Below, piece after piece: positions 1 through 9,951 of a stretch of DNA of 49,066 bases. The stretch is from the NCBI GenBank assembly GCA_001443485.1, contig LDXQ01000007.1, positions 1 through 49,066 of the forward strand. Direction: 5' to 3'. Made by a program: the position numbers and the translations under genes. How positions within the stretch are numbered: position 1 is the stretch's first letter; each line of letters begins with the position of its first letter. The stretch is from Candidatus Sysuimicrobiota bacterium CSP1-3. GTDB taxonomy: Bacteria; Sysuimicrobiota; Sysuimicrobiia; Sysuimicrobiales; Humicultoraceae. The notes below the pieces were generated by a model that was not told the DNA's origin, searched no databases, and worked only from the letters and a program-made list of their open reading frames with translations.

Positions 1-1
1 C

Positions 2-745
2 GGCAAGAAGATGAGCGGCTCCGCGGGACGGGGTGTCCTGGCGCATGAGTTCCTGGAAATCCTCCGTCCCGAACTGGCGCGCTTTCTCATGGTCCGCTTG
101 CACTACCGAGAGCAGAAGAACTTCGATCCCGGTGGCGAAACCATCCCGCGCCTCTACGACGAGTACGACCGGGCGGCACGTGCGTTCCGGGGAGAGGTGG
201 AAGATCCGGAACTGGCCCGCACCTACTGGTACGCGCGCATCGACGGCGCGCGACTGGACGTCGCCCGCCCCCGCTTCAGCAAGGTGGCCTCCCTGGTGCA
301 GATTCCGTCGGTGGACGTGGAGGAGGCGATCGCGGAGGACAAGGGCGAGGCGCTTTCGGCGGAGGACCGCGAGGAGTTGGCGCAGCGGATCGCCGACGCC
401 CGGCGCTGGCTGGCGCACTACGCCCCGGATGCCTACAAGTTCGAGGTGCAGCGCGCCCTCCCGGCGGCGGTGAATGCGCTCTCGCCGGGGCAACAGGAGT
501 TCCTGGCCCGGCTGGCGGAGGTGGCGGAGCAGGCGGAAGCCTGGCGGGGGGACGTGCTGCACAGCCGGATGCACGATCTCAAAGCCACGATGGGCCTGCC
601 GCCGCAGGAGGCGTTCAGCGCCATCTACCGGGCGTTTCTGGGCAAGGACTCCGGTCCGCAGGCGGGATGGCTGCTCGCCGCCCTGGACCGCGACTTCGCC
701 CTGCGCCGCCTGCGCGAGGCGGCGGGGACCAGGACGGCGTCATGA
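2..745 (+). CDS. lysS: Lysine--tRNA ligase, class I (C-terminal part; 5' truncated by window)
   Basis: Frame begins GKKMSGSAGRG (KMSKS-type motif of class I LysRS); C-terminal anticodon-binding helices with FSAIYRAFLGKDSGPQAGWLL typical of LysRS1. Confidence 0.9.
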   Translation, partial: GKKMSGSAGRGVLAHEFLEILRPELARFLMVRLHYREQKNFDPGGETIPRLYDEYDRAARAFRGEVEDPELARTYWYARIDGARLDVARPRFSKVASLVQIPSVDVEEAIAEDKGEALSAEDREELAQRIADARRWLAHYAPDAYKFEVQRALPAAVNALSPGQQEFLARLAEVAEQAEAWRGDVLHSRMHDLKATMGLPPQEAFSAIYRAFLGKDSGPQAGWLLAALDRDFALRRLREAAGTRTAS

Positions 746-1701
746 ACGCGGACCCCCTGCGCATCCTGGTCGTGGCCGACGTGGCCGAGCGCCACCTGTC
801 GATGATCCGCGAGGCGGCGCCGCAGGCGCAGATCGAGCAGACCGTCGATCGGGGGCGCGTGGTGCGCCAGGCCGAGAACGCGGACGTGATCGTGGGATGG
901 AACGTGCCGCGCGAGGCGGTGCAGCAGGCCAAGCACCTGCGTTGGATCCACTCCACCGCGGCGGGGGTGGACCAGTTGCTCCATCCGGAAGTGGTGCAGC
1001 GGGACATCATCGTGACGGACAGCAGCGGCATCCACGCCGAGCCGATCACGGAGCACGTGCTGGCCGTGATGCTGGCCTTCGCCCGCCGGCTGCCGGTGGC
1101 CACCCGCAACCAGATGACGCACCGCTGGGACCGCGCCTCGGTCATCGGCGAGGAATTGTGGGGCAAGACGGTGGGCATCCTCGGCCTGGGCAGCATCGGC
1201 CGGGAGGTGGCCGCGCGCTGCCAGGCCTTCGGCATGCGGGTGATCGGCACCAAGCGCACGCCGGCGGCGGTGCCGCACGTGGACCAGGTGCTGCCGCCCG
1301 ACGGGCTGGACGAGGTGCTGCGTGCGGCCGACTACCTGGTGATCATCCTGCCGCTGACGGAGCAGACCCGGGGGTTGATCGGCGCGCGGGAGTTGGGGTT
1401 GATGAAGCCGACCGCCTACCTGATCAACGTGGCGCGGGGGGCGATCGTGCAGGAGGCGGACCTGATCGCGGCGCTGCGCCCCGGCCGGCTGCGGGGAGCG
1501 GGGCTGGACGTCTTCGAGCGGGAGCCCCTGCCGCAGGACAGCCCCCTGTGGGAGATGGAACAGGTCATCCTCACCCCGCACGTCTCCGGGGCCGTGCCCG
1601 ACTACTACGACCGGGCGCTGCCGCTGTTCTGCGAGAACCTGCGCCGCTTCCTCACCGGGGCGCCGCTGCTCAACATGGTGGACAAACGCCAGGGCTATTG
1701 A
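742..1701 (+). CDS. D-2-hydroxyacid dehydrogenase (NAD-binding)
   Basis: GLGSIG Rossmann motif, INVARG, LDVFEREP, TPHVSG; ATG overlaps lysS stop (ATGA at 742-745). Confidence 0.9.
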   Translation: MNADPLRILVVADVAERHLSMIREAAPQAQIEQTVDRGRVVRQAENADVIVGWNVPREAVQQAKHLRWIHSTAAGVDQLLHPEVVQRDIIVTDSSGIHAEPITEHVLAVMLAFARRLPVATRNQMTHRWDRASVIGEELWGKTVGILGLGSIGREVAARCQAFGMRVIGTKRTPAAVPHVDQVLPPDGLDEVLRAADYLVIILPLTEQTRGLIGARELGLMKPTAYLINVARGAIVQEADLIAALRPGRLRGAGLDVFEREPLPQDSPLWEMEQVILTPHVSGAVPDYYDRALPLFCENLRRFLTGAPLLNMVDKRQGY

Positions 1702-1710
1702 GGTGCGTGT

Positions 1711-3801
1711 GTGAAGCCGTATCCAGCGGACAAGATCCACAACGTCGCCGTGGTGGGACACGGCGGCACAGGCAAGACCTCGCTTGTCGAAGCGATGCTC
1801 TTCGTGGCCAAGGCGATCGACCGCCTGGGGCGCGTGGACGAGGGCACGACGGCCACCGACTTCGACGCCGAAGAGGTGCGGCGCAAGCACACGATCAACG
1901 CCTCGCTGGCGCCGCTGGAGTGGCGGGAGCGGAAGGTCAATCTGATCGACACACCGGGCTATCCCGACTTCATCGCCGAGATGGTCGCCCCGCTGCGGGT
2001 CTGCGAAGGGGCGCTCATCGTGGTGGACGCGGTGGCCGGGGTGGAGGTGCAGACGGAGAAGGCGTGGAGCAACGCCGATGAGAGCCGCACCAGCCGTCTC
2101 GTCGTGGTCAACCGCCTCGATCGGGAGAACGCCGTCTTCGCCCGCACGGTGGAAGGGCTGGCGGCGAAGTTCGGCACCCGCGTCGTCCCCCTGCAGATCC
2201 CTATCGGCGCGGAGGCACAGTTCCGGGGCGCGGTCGACCTGCTGCACATGACGGCCTATACCTGGGCGGACGGCGAGCCCGCGGTCGGCGAGATCCCGGC
2301 CGACCTGAACGCGGAAGCCGAGGCGGCCCGGGAGCGTCTGGTGGAGGCGGCGGCCGAGAGCGACGATGCGCTGACAGAGAAGTATCTAGAGGAAGGGACG
2401 CTATCGCAGGAGGACCTGGAGCGCGGGCTGCACCTGGGGGTGCGGGCGGGCACACTCGTTCCCGTCCTCTGCGCTGCCGGCCTGCGCACCATCGGCATCG
2501 CGCCGATTCTCGACGCCGTCGTCACCCTGCTGCCCACGCCGCCGGAGGCGGGCCCGGTGGTGGGGCAGAAGCCGGGGAGCGGCGAGGAGGTGCGGCGTGA
2601 GCCCAGCGCGGATGCGCCGCTCGCCGCGCTCGTCTTCAAGACCATGGCCGACCCCTATGTAGGCAAGCTCTCCTACTTCCGCGTCTACACCGGGCGCTTT
2701 TCCAGCGACACCCCGGTGTACAACGCCACGCGTGACAAGTTGGAGCGGGTGGGCACGCTCTACTATCTGCGCGGGAAGCAGCAGGAGGCGGTGGGCCAGA
2801 TCGCCGCCGGGGACATGGGCGCGGTGGCGAAGCTCGCGGAGACGGCTACGGGCAACACCCTCTGCGCCAAGGAGGCGCCGGTCGTGCTGCCGCCGGTGCA
2901 GTTCCCCAAGCCGGCGATCACGCTGGCGATCGAGCCGAAGACGCGCGCCGACGAGGACAAACTGGCGAACGCCCTGCACCGCCTGGCCGAGGAGGATCCC
3001 ACCGTCCGGGTGCACCGCGACGGCGAGATGAAGCAGACCGTGATCTCCGGGATGGGGGAGTCTCACCTGGAGATCATCGCCGACCGCTTGAAGCGCAAGT
3101 TCGGCGTCGAAGTGACCCTCACGGTGCCGCGCGTGGCCTACCGGGAGACGATCAGGAAGAAGGCCGCGGCGCAGGGACGCTACGTCAAGCAGACCGGCGG
3201 CCGGGGGCAGTACGGGGTCTGCAGCCTGGAGCTCGAGCCGCAGCCGCGCGGCGGCGGGTTCGAGTTCGTGGACGAGATCTTCGGTGGGGCCATCCCCAAC
3301 CAGTTCATCACCTCGGTGGAGAAGGGCGTGCGCAAGGCGCTGGAAGAGGGGGTGCTGGCCGGATATCCGGTGGTGGACGTGCGGGTGCGCCTGGTGGACG
3401 GCAAGTACCACCCGGTGGACTCCTCGGACATCGCCTTCCAGATCGCCGGCTCGATGGGATTCAAGGAGGCGGCCGCGGAGGCGCAGCTGGTGCTGCTGGA
3501 GCCGGTGATGAACGTCTCCGTGCGCGTCCCCGAGGAGTTCATGGGCGACATCATCGGCGACCTGAACGCCAAGCGGGCGCGGATTTCCGGCATGGAGCCC
3601 CAGGGGGACGGGACGACGGTGGTGAAGGCCCAGGTGCCGCAGGCGGAGACGCTGCGCTACGCCAGCGACCTGCGCTCCATCACCGGCGGCCGTGGGACTT
3701 TTGAGCTGGAGTCCTCCCACTACGAGGAGGTCCCCGCCCACGTCGCGGAGCGGGTCGTGGCGGAGGCGAAGAAGCAGAAGGCGGCGGCCGCGGGCCATTG
3801 A
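1711..3801 (+). CDS. fusA: Elongation factor G, EF-G2-like paralog
   Basis: 696 aa; GHGGTGKT, DTPGYPDF, GMGESHLEI, KQTGGRGQYG, YHPVDSS, LRSITGGRG; GAGGTG RBS before GTG. Confidence 0.92.
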   Translation: MKPYPADKIHNVAVVGHGGTGKTSLVEAMLFVAKAIDRLGRVDEGTTATDFDAEEVRRKHTINASLAPLEWRERKVNLIDTPGYPDFIAEMVAPLRVCEGALIVVDAVAGVEVQTEKAWSNADESRTSRLVVVNRLDRENAVFARTVEGLAAKFGTRVVPLQIPIGAEAQFRGAVDLLHMTAYTWADGEPAVGEIPADLNAEAEAARERLVEAAAESDDALTEKYLEEGTLSQEDLERGLHLGVRAGTLVPVLCAAGLRTIGIAPILDAVVTLLPTPPEAGPVVGQKPGSGEEVRREPSADAPLAALVFKTMADPYVGKLSYFRVYTGRFSSDTPVYNATRDKLERVGTLYYLRGKQQEAVGQIAAGDMGAVAKLAETATGNTLCAKEAPVVLPPVQFPKPAITLAIEPKTRADEDKLANALHRLAEEDPTVRVHRDGEMKQTVISGMGESHLEIIADRLKRKFGVEVTLTVPRVAYRETIRKKAAAQGRYVKQTGGRGQYGVCSLELEPQPRGGGFEFVDEIFGGAIPNQFITSVEKGVRKALEEGVLAGYPVVDVRVRLVDGKYHPVDSSDIAFQIAGSMGFKEAAAEAQLVLLEPVMNVSVRVPEEFMGDIIGDLNAKRARISGMEPQGDGTTVVKAQVPQAETLRYASDLRSITGGRGTFELESSHYEEVPAHVAERVVAEAKKQKAAAAGH

Positions 3802-3810
3802 CGGTGTGCG

Positions 3811-6759
3811 ATGCGTGAAAGGCTGGGGGCGGCGAGGGACGAGATCCGCCAGCGGATCAATCTGGTGGAACTTGTTTCGCAGCATGTTGCCCTGAAGAAG
3901 GCGGGGCGCCAGTACAAAGGCCTCTGTCCCTTCCATCAGGAGAAGACGCCCTCGTTCCACGTCGACCGGGAGAGAGGCCTTTGGTACTGTTTTGGTTGCT
4001 TCCCCCCAGGCCAGCTGGTGAAGACCCCTTTTGGCTACCACCCCATTGAGACACTCACTGATGAGCACCCCATAGTTTCCGGGCAGGGGAACTACCAACG
4101 TGTGCTTGCAACCCACGCGCGAGATTACAACGGTGACTTGATCGAGATCGTTACCCGAAAGATCCGAAGGCCCGTCAGGTTGACCGCCGACCACGAGGTC
4201 TTTATCGTCCGCCCCACGGCGCGTCACGAAACGCGTTTCAAGTACTTTGCCAGGCGATTCCGGGCGTACTTGAGGCGATACGAGGATGACCCCGGTTACT
4301 ACTTCCGCAAAATCGCGAAATGGCTCCCCATCCGAAAGATGGAGGCCACGGAACTACGAGTTGGCGATTTGCTTCTTTATCCAATCAATGATCGGGTAAG
4401 CCGAGTTGAGCAAATTGACCTGGAAGACTACGTGTCAGCGCGAGGAACCCGTGGGAAGCGACCGGCGCGTCTCCCAGTCGTTCCGGTCAGCGAAGACTTC
4501 CTCCGTCTGATCGGCTATTTCATCGCAGAAGGAAGCACCCATCGAGCCTATGTCCGGTTCAGCCTAGGGAATCACGAGGAGGTGTTCGCCAGCGAGATCA
4601 TCAGACTGATCAAATCTCTCCTGGGGATTCGCTCGGGTGTTCACCGGCGGCGAAGCCCAAGCTCGGGACTGGAGATCACAGCATGCCATGCCGCACTAGC
4701 CAATGCCTTCGCCAACCTGTGCGGCCGTGGTGCAGAGGAGAAGCATATTCCCTTCGTTTTCCAGGAATTGCCCCCTTCCCAGAAGCGCATCCTAGTCGAG
4801 GCCATTGCCCGGGGTGATGGCACGCAGTCAGTCGCAAACCAGTCTAGCCATACACGCCGTTCGATTACAACCGTCTCCCCCGTGCTTGCGGAACAGGTGG
4901 TCGACTTCCTTCTTGCATTAGGTCGTTTCCCTAGCGTCCAACTGAGAGAGCCGAGGCGCGACCGGCAGGGGGTGGTCCACAGGGAGGCTTACACGATTCA
5001 ATGGTCGGAGGACGCGCGTGCGCGATATGACCTCGTCTACCGTACGGATAATGGGAGACGATATTGGCTTCTGCCCATAGAACGGTTAGGGAAATTGAGA
5101 TATCGCGGTCCTGTGTACAACCTGACGGTGGAAAAAGATCACTCCTATATTGTGTCCCACATCGCCGTTGCGAACTGCGGTCAGGGCGGCGACGCCTTCG
5201 ATTTCGTCATGCGCACCGGCAACCTCTCCTTCCCCGAGGCGCTGGAGCAGCTGGCCGCGCGCACCGGCGTGCGGTTGGAGCGTAGCCCGGAGGAGGGGCA
5301 GGACCGCTCGGAGCGGGAGCAGATGCTGCGGGCGCTGGACGCGGCGGCGGCGTTCTACCGGGAGCAGCTGGCCGGCGACGCCGGGCAGGTGGCCCGCGCG
5401 TACTTAGAGCAGCGTGGCGTGGACGCGCAGACGCGAGAGCGGTTCGGCCTGGGCGCCGCGCCGCAGGCTTGGGATGCGCTGTTGCGCCACCTGCGCGGCC
5501 GCGGGTACCCGGTCGCGCTGCTGGAGCGCGCCGGCCTGGTGCAGGCGCGCAGCGGGGGAGAGGGGCACTTCGACTTCCTGCGCCACCGCCTGATCTTCCC
5601 AATCCAGGACCTGCAGGACCGCACCGTCGCGTTCGGCGGCCGGGCACTGGACGACGCCACGCCCAAGTACCTGAACTCCCGCGAGTCGCCCGCGTTCAAC
5701 AAAGGGAGGATGCTCTACGCCCTCAACTGGGCGCGGGAGGCGATCCGGGAGGCGGGCGAGGTCGTCATCGTGGAAGGGTACATGGATGTTGTGACCTGCC
5801 ACCAGGTCGGCATCCGCCACGCCGTGGCGTCGCTGGGGACGGCGCTTACCCCGGACCACGTCCTGCTGCTGAAGCGCTTCGCGCCGCGGGCGGTGGTGGT
5901 CTATGACCCCGACGCGGCGGGCATGGCCGCCAGCGAACGGGGGCTACACCTCTTCGAGGAGGCGGAACTGCCGGTGCGGGTGGCGGCGCTGCCCCAGGGG
6001 CGAGATCCCGACTCCTTCCTCCGCCAGGAAGGCCCGGAGAAATTCCGGACGATTCTGGCCACTGCCCTTTCCATGTTCGACTATCAGGTAGCCCAGGCCC
6101 TCTCCCGCCACGACCCCCGCACCTTAGAAGGAAAGATCGCGTTCGTCGACGAATTGCTGCCTGTTCTAGGGTCGGTGGCAAACCCGGTCCGCCAGTCCGA
6201 ATACCTGCGGGCCCTCGCGGAGCGGTTCAAAGTTTCCGAGGATGCGCTGCGCCAGCGCCTCGTCGCTCTCAGACGGTCGGGCCGGGGCGCGGCGAAGCCG
6301 CCAGAGCCGTCGGCCGTCCAGGGCACCAAACGGTTCCGGGCGGAGCGGCTGCTTGTGCACATGATGGTGCAGGCGCCGGAGGCCCGGAAGGTCGTTCGCC
6401 GAGACCTCTCGGTCGAGGATTTCCTCGATCCCCTCCACCGCAATCTGGCGCAGGTCTTGCTGGACGCGGATGCGCCGGCGGAGGCGCTGAAGGACCGCCT
6501 GGCCGACCAGGAGAGCGTGGCCTTGCTGACGCGGCTGCTCTTCGAGCCGCTCGGGGTCGCGGAGAAGGACGAGGAGAAGGTCTTGCTCGGCAACATCACC
6601 ACCCTCCGCCGGGTGGAGGTGGAGGAGAGACTCCGCGAACTGCGGCGGCGGCTGGCCGAGGCGGAGGCGGTGGGGAACGAGGAAGAGGTCGCGAACCTGC
6701 AGCGGGCGATTTGGGCGCTGCGTAGCCAGGAGCCGCGACCACAGGAGGCGCCGCGCTAA
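3811..6759 (+). CDS. dnaG: DNA primase DnaG, intein-containing (982-aa precursor, about 589 aa after splicing)
   Basis: [13 protein letters not shown] zinc finger, [37 protein letters not shown]; directly upstream of rpoD. Confidence 0.96.
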   Translation: MRERLGAARDEIRQRINLVELVSQHVALKKAGRQYKGLCPFHQEKTPSFHVDRERGLWYCFGCFPPGQLVKTPFGYHPIETLTDEHPIVSGQGNYQRVLATHARDYNGDLIEIVTRKIRRPVRLTADHEVFIVRPTARHETRFKYFARRFRAYLRRYEDDPGYYFRKIAKWLPIRKMEATELRVGDLLLYPINDRVSRVEQIDLEDYVSARGTRGKRPARLPVVPVSEDFLRLIGYFIAEGSTHRAYVRFSLGNHEEVFASEIIRLIKSLLGIRSGVHRRRSPSSGLEITACHAALANAFANLCGRGAEEKHIPFVFQELPPSQKRILVEAIARGDGTQSVANQSSHTRRSITTVSPVLAEQVVDFLLALGRFPSVQLREPRRDRQGVVHREAYTIQWSEDARARYDLVYRTDNGRRYWLLPIERLGKLRYRGPVYNLTVEKDHSYIVSHIAVANCGQGGDAFDFVMRTGNLSFPEALEQLAARTGVRLERSPEEGQDRSEREQMLRALDAAAAFYREQLAGDAGQVARAYLEQRGVDAQTRERFGLGAAPQAWDALLRHLRGRGYPVALLERAGLVQARSGGEGHFDFLRHRLIFPIQDLQDRTVAFGGRALDDATPKYLNSRESPAFNKGRMLYALNWAREAIREAGEVVIVEGYMDVVTCHQVGIRHAVASLGTALTPDHVLLLKRFAPRAVVVYDPDAAGMAASERGLHLFEEAELPVRVAALPQGRDPDSFLRQEGPEKFRTILATALSMFDYQVAQALSRHDPRTLEGKIAFVDELLPVLGSVANPVRQSEYLRALAERFKVSEDALRQRLVALRRSGRGAAKPPEPSAVQGTKRFRAERLLVHMMVQAPEARKVVRRDLSVEDFLDPLHRNLAQVLLDADAPAEALKDRLADQESVALLTRLLFEPLGVAEKDEEKVLLGNITTLRRVEVEERLRELRRRLAEAEAVGNEEEVANLQRAIWALRSQEPRPQEAPR
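3997..5175 (+). mobile_element. Intein with LAGLIDADG homing endonuclease (393 aa) in the DnaG zinc-binding domain
   Basis: Block A CFPPGQLV, block B LTADHEV (TxxH), block [10 protein letters not shown], block [11 protein letters not shown], block [19 protein letters not shown], block [15 protein letters not shown], terminal AVAN followed by Cys+1; removal restores WYCFGCGQGGD; visibly more A/T-rich than host gene. Confidence 0.96.
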
Positions 6760-6775
6760 GCGCGGCCCGAGGAGC

Positions 6776-7897
<1,122 letters not shown>

Positions 7898-7924
7898 ATC
7901 CAGCCGGCGAGGTGGGGAGGAACT

Positions 7925-7961
7925 GAAAGGGAGGGGGAGCCCCTCCCTTTCTTCGTTCTTT
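7925..7961 (+). terminator. Intrinsic terminator after rpoD
   Basis: 12-bp stem GAAAGGGAGGGG / CCCCTCCCTTTC (7925-7951) followed by T-rich TTCGTTCTTT. Confidence 0.8.
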
Positions 7962-7973
7962 CGGCCCGCGACG

Positions 7974-9656
7974 TTACGGGCCGACCGTGAGCTTTGTCGT
8001 ATAGATGCTCTGGTTTCTGTTGCCGACGCTGTTGGTCGCGCCGGGGCCTGGGATCAGGTCGCACTGCCCAGCGGGCACGTCGCGGTTGTCGGTCCAGACG
8101 ACGTGCACGATGTGGTTCGCCCCGTCCCAGCGGGCGTCCAGTTCGATGTAGTCGCCGTGGAAGGCGACACTGCCACTACCAAACATCTGGCAGTTTCCCT
8201 CATGAGACACGCCGGTGACCCTCGTCTCGGCATCAAATGCGGGCCAGGTGAACCCGTTGCAGTTGGTGCAGCGGTAGTAGACGTCGAGGGCCTCGTTGCC
8301 GGCCGTCACGCTGTTCCGGAAGTCGTACCAGGCCGCGTGCAGGGCGCCCTGAGAAACCTCGATCGTCGGCCAGATCTGATGTCGTGACCCGGGGTCGGTG
8401 TTCACCTGCACAGGTGCTCCCCAGGTCGCGCCGCCGTCCGTCGATCGGGCGGCGTAGATGTCGTAGTCGCCGGCGAAACTCTGGTAGGCGACGTAGACGA
8501 TATTGGGGTTCACATTGTCCGTGGCGATGAACGCGAAGGTGGGCGTGCGGAAGGCCACGCCGGGCGCCTGGGGCGCAGAGATCGCCGCCACGTTCACCGG
8601 GTTCGTCCAGTGGGCTCCACAGTCGGTCGACTTGACCATCTGGATCGACGCAACGTCCGAGTTCGTCGTGAAGGTGCGGTACGCGACGTAGATCGTGCCG
8701 TTGGGAGCCACGGCGATGTCGGATCCCTGGGTTCGCACCGTCCCGGCCCGACCGCCGGTGGAGATGACCCGCGGGCTGGAGAAGCTAGCCCCGCCGTTCG
8801 TCGAGCGGCTGAACACGATAGGGAACGCCCCGCCCAAGCCACGGAAACTGGTGAAGCTCACATACACGCTCCCGGCGCATGGGCTGGCCGCGGCCGGATT
8901 CAGGTCGATCTCCATCCATTCTTTGTCCACGAAGATCCCCGCGAAGCCGAAGGGCTGGTTAGGGACGGCGAAGCCGACGGCGCCGCGGTCCACGATGGCC
9001 GTGCCCGCATACGTGAAGTGCGGCGGTGAACCCGCCGTCGTTGTCGTGCTCGCCGTTGCCGCGGTGCCTGGAGTGAAGTTGTACTTGGCGACATAGACGA
9101 CGTTGTCGACCGGCCGGTCCGGCTGGTCGAAGTTGCGGTTGAAGGCGATGCCGGCGACATACAGGTTGCCGGCCGCATCAAACCGGACGACCGGGTCGCC
9201 CGACCCATCGAGGTTCTTCAGCGGCGAGTTAACCCCGTCGCTGGAAGTGTCGGTGGGGAACCCGGGGACCATCGTGTTGTAGCCGTTGGGGAACGGCGCA
9301 GCGCCGAACCAGGTTGTTCCGCTGTTGAAGGAGAGGTAGACGGGCATCCAGGCATCGCCGAAGTGTGGAACCATGCGGTAGTCGTTGGACGCCGCGGCGA
9401 TGATGTCTCCGACCGCGCCACCTGGAGGGGCCATCGGGCTGATGGCCACCGTGGGCTCGTTGGACTGGCGGTTCCTGGCGTCCCTGCTCGGCGTGGTGGC
9501 CGCAGTGCCACCATCGACGTTGTTGTTATCATCGGTGACCTTGACGTTAGGCCCGACGCCGGCGTGGCCGGCAAAGATACTGGGCGCGGTGATGAGGCTT
9601 AACGCCGCGACCACAGTCAACAGGATCTGTACGTGCCGGTGAACGCGAGAAGACAT
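7974..9656 (-). CDS. Secreted BNR/Asp-box (sialidase-like beta-propeller) protein
   Basis: N-terminal signal peptide; Asp boxes SFNSGTTW, STNGGASF, STDCGAHW, STDGGATW; GGGGTGA RBS before ATG 9656. Confidence 0.85.
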   Translation of the reverse strand: MSSRVHRHVQILLTVVAALSLITAPSIFAGHAGVGPNVKVTDDNNNVDGGTAATTPSRDARNRQSNEPTVAISPMAPPGGAVGDIIAAASNDYRMVPHFGDAWMPVYLSFNSGTTWFGAAPFPNGYNTMVPGFPTDTSSDGVNSPLKNLDGSGDPVVRFDAAGNLYVAGIAFNRNFDQPDRPVDNVVYVAKYNFTPGTAATASTTTTAGSPPHFTYAGTAIVDRGAVGFAVPNQPFGFAGIFVDKEWMEIDLNPAAASPCAGSVYVSFTSFRGLGGAFPIVFSRSTNGGASFSSPRVISTGGRAGTVRTQGSDIAVAPNGTIYVAYRTFTTNSDVASIQMVKSTDCGAHWTNPVNVAAISAPQAPGVAFRTPTFAFIATDNVNPNIVYVAYQSFAGDYDIYAARSTDGGATWGAPVQVNTDPGSRHQIWPTIEVSQGALHAAWYDFRNSVTAGNEALDVYYRCTNCNGFTWPAFDAETRVTGVSHEGNCQMFGSGSVAFHGDYIELDARWDGANHIVHVVWTDNRDVPAGQCDLIPGPGATNSVGNRNQSIYTTKLTVGP

Positions 9657-9736
9657 ACAGGCTCTCACCCCCTATGATGTCTGAAACGAGACCGGGCTCT
9701 CTCACCTCCTCCGGTGAAGGGTTTTCGCGGAAAGCG

Positions 9737-9768
9737 CTCGGGTGGTCTGGCCTCGGGTGGTCTGGCCT
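9737..9768. repeat. Perfect 15-bp tandem direct repeat (CTCGGGTGGTCTGGC x2)
   Basis: Units at 9737-9751 and 9752-9766 in the intergenic leader of the first BNR gene. Confidence 0.85.
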
Positions 9769-9866
9769 GAGAGAATAGCCATTCAATTCGGGAAGGTCGG
9801 GGTGTTATTCCTCCGTCGGCGGCTGGAAAACTGAACGCGCGCGGCTGCCCTGCAGGATCATGGATA

Positions 9867-9895
9867 ATTCTACGCAGGTTTGAGGCGCATTTCAT
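9867..9895 (-). promoter_or_regulatory. Putative sigma70 promoter for the 7974-9656 gene
   Basis: Minus strand ATGAAA-17 nt-TAGAAT. Confidence 0.4.
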
Positions 9896-9951
9896 CCGCT
9901 GGCGATCGCAGCCCGTCGCTGGACTCCCTCCGCTTACTGGAAGAGTCGTGT

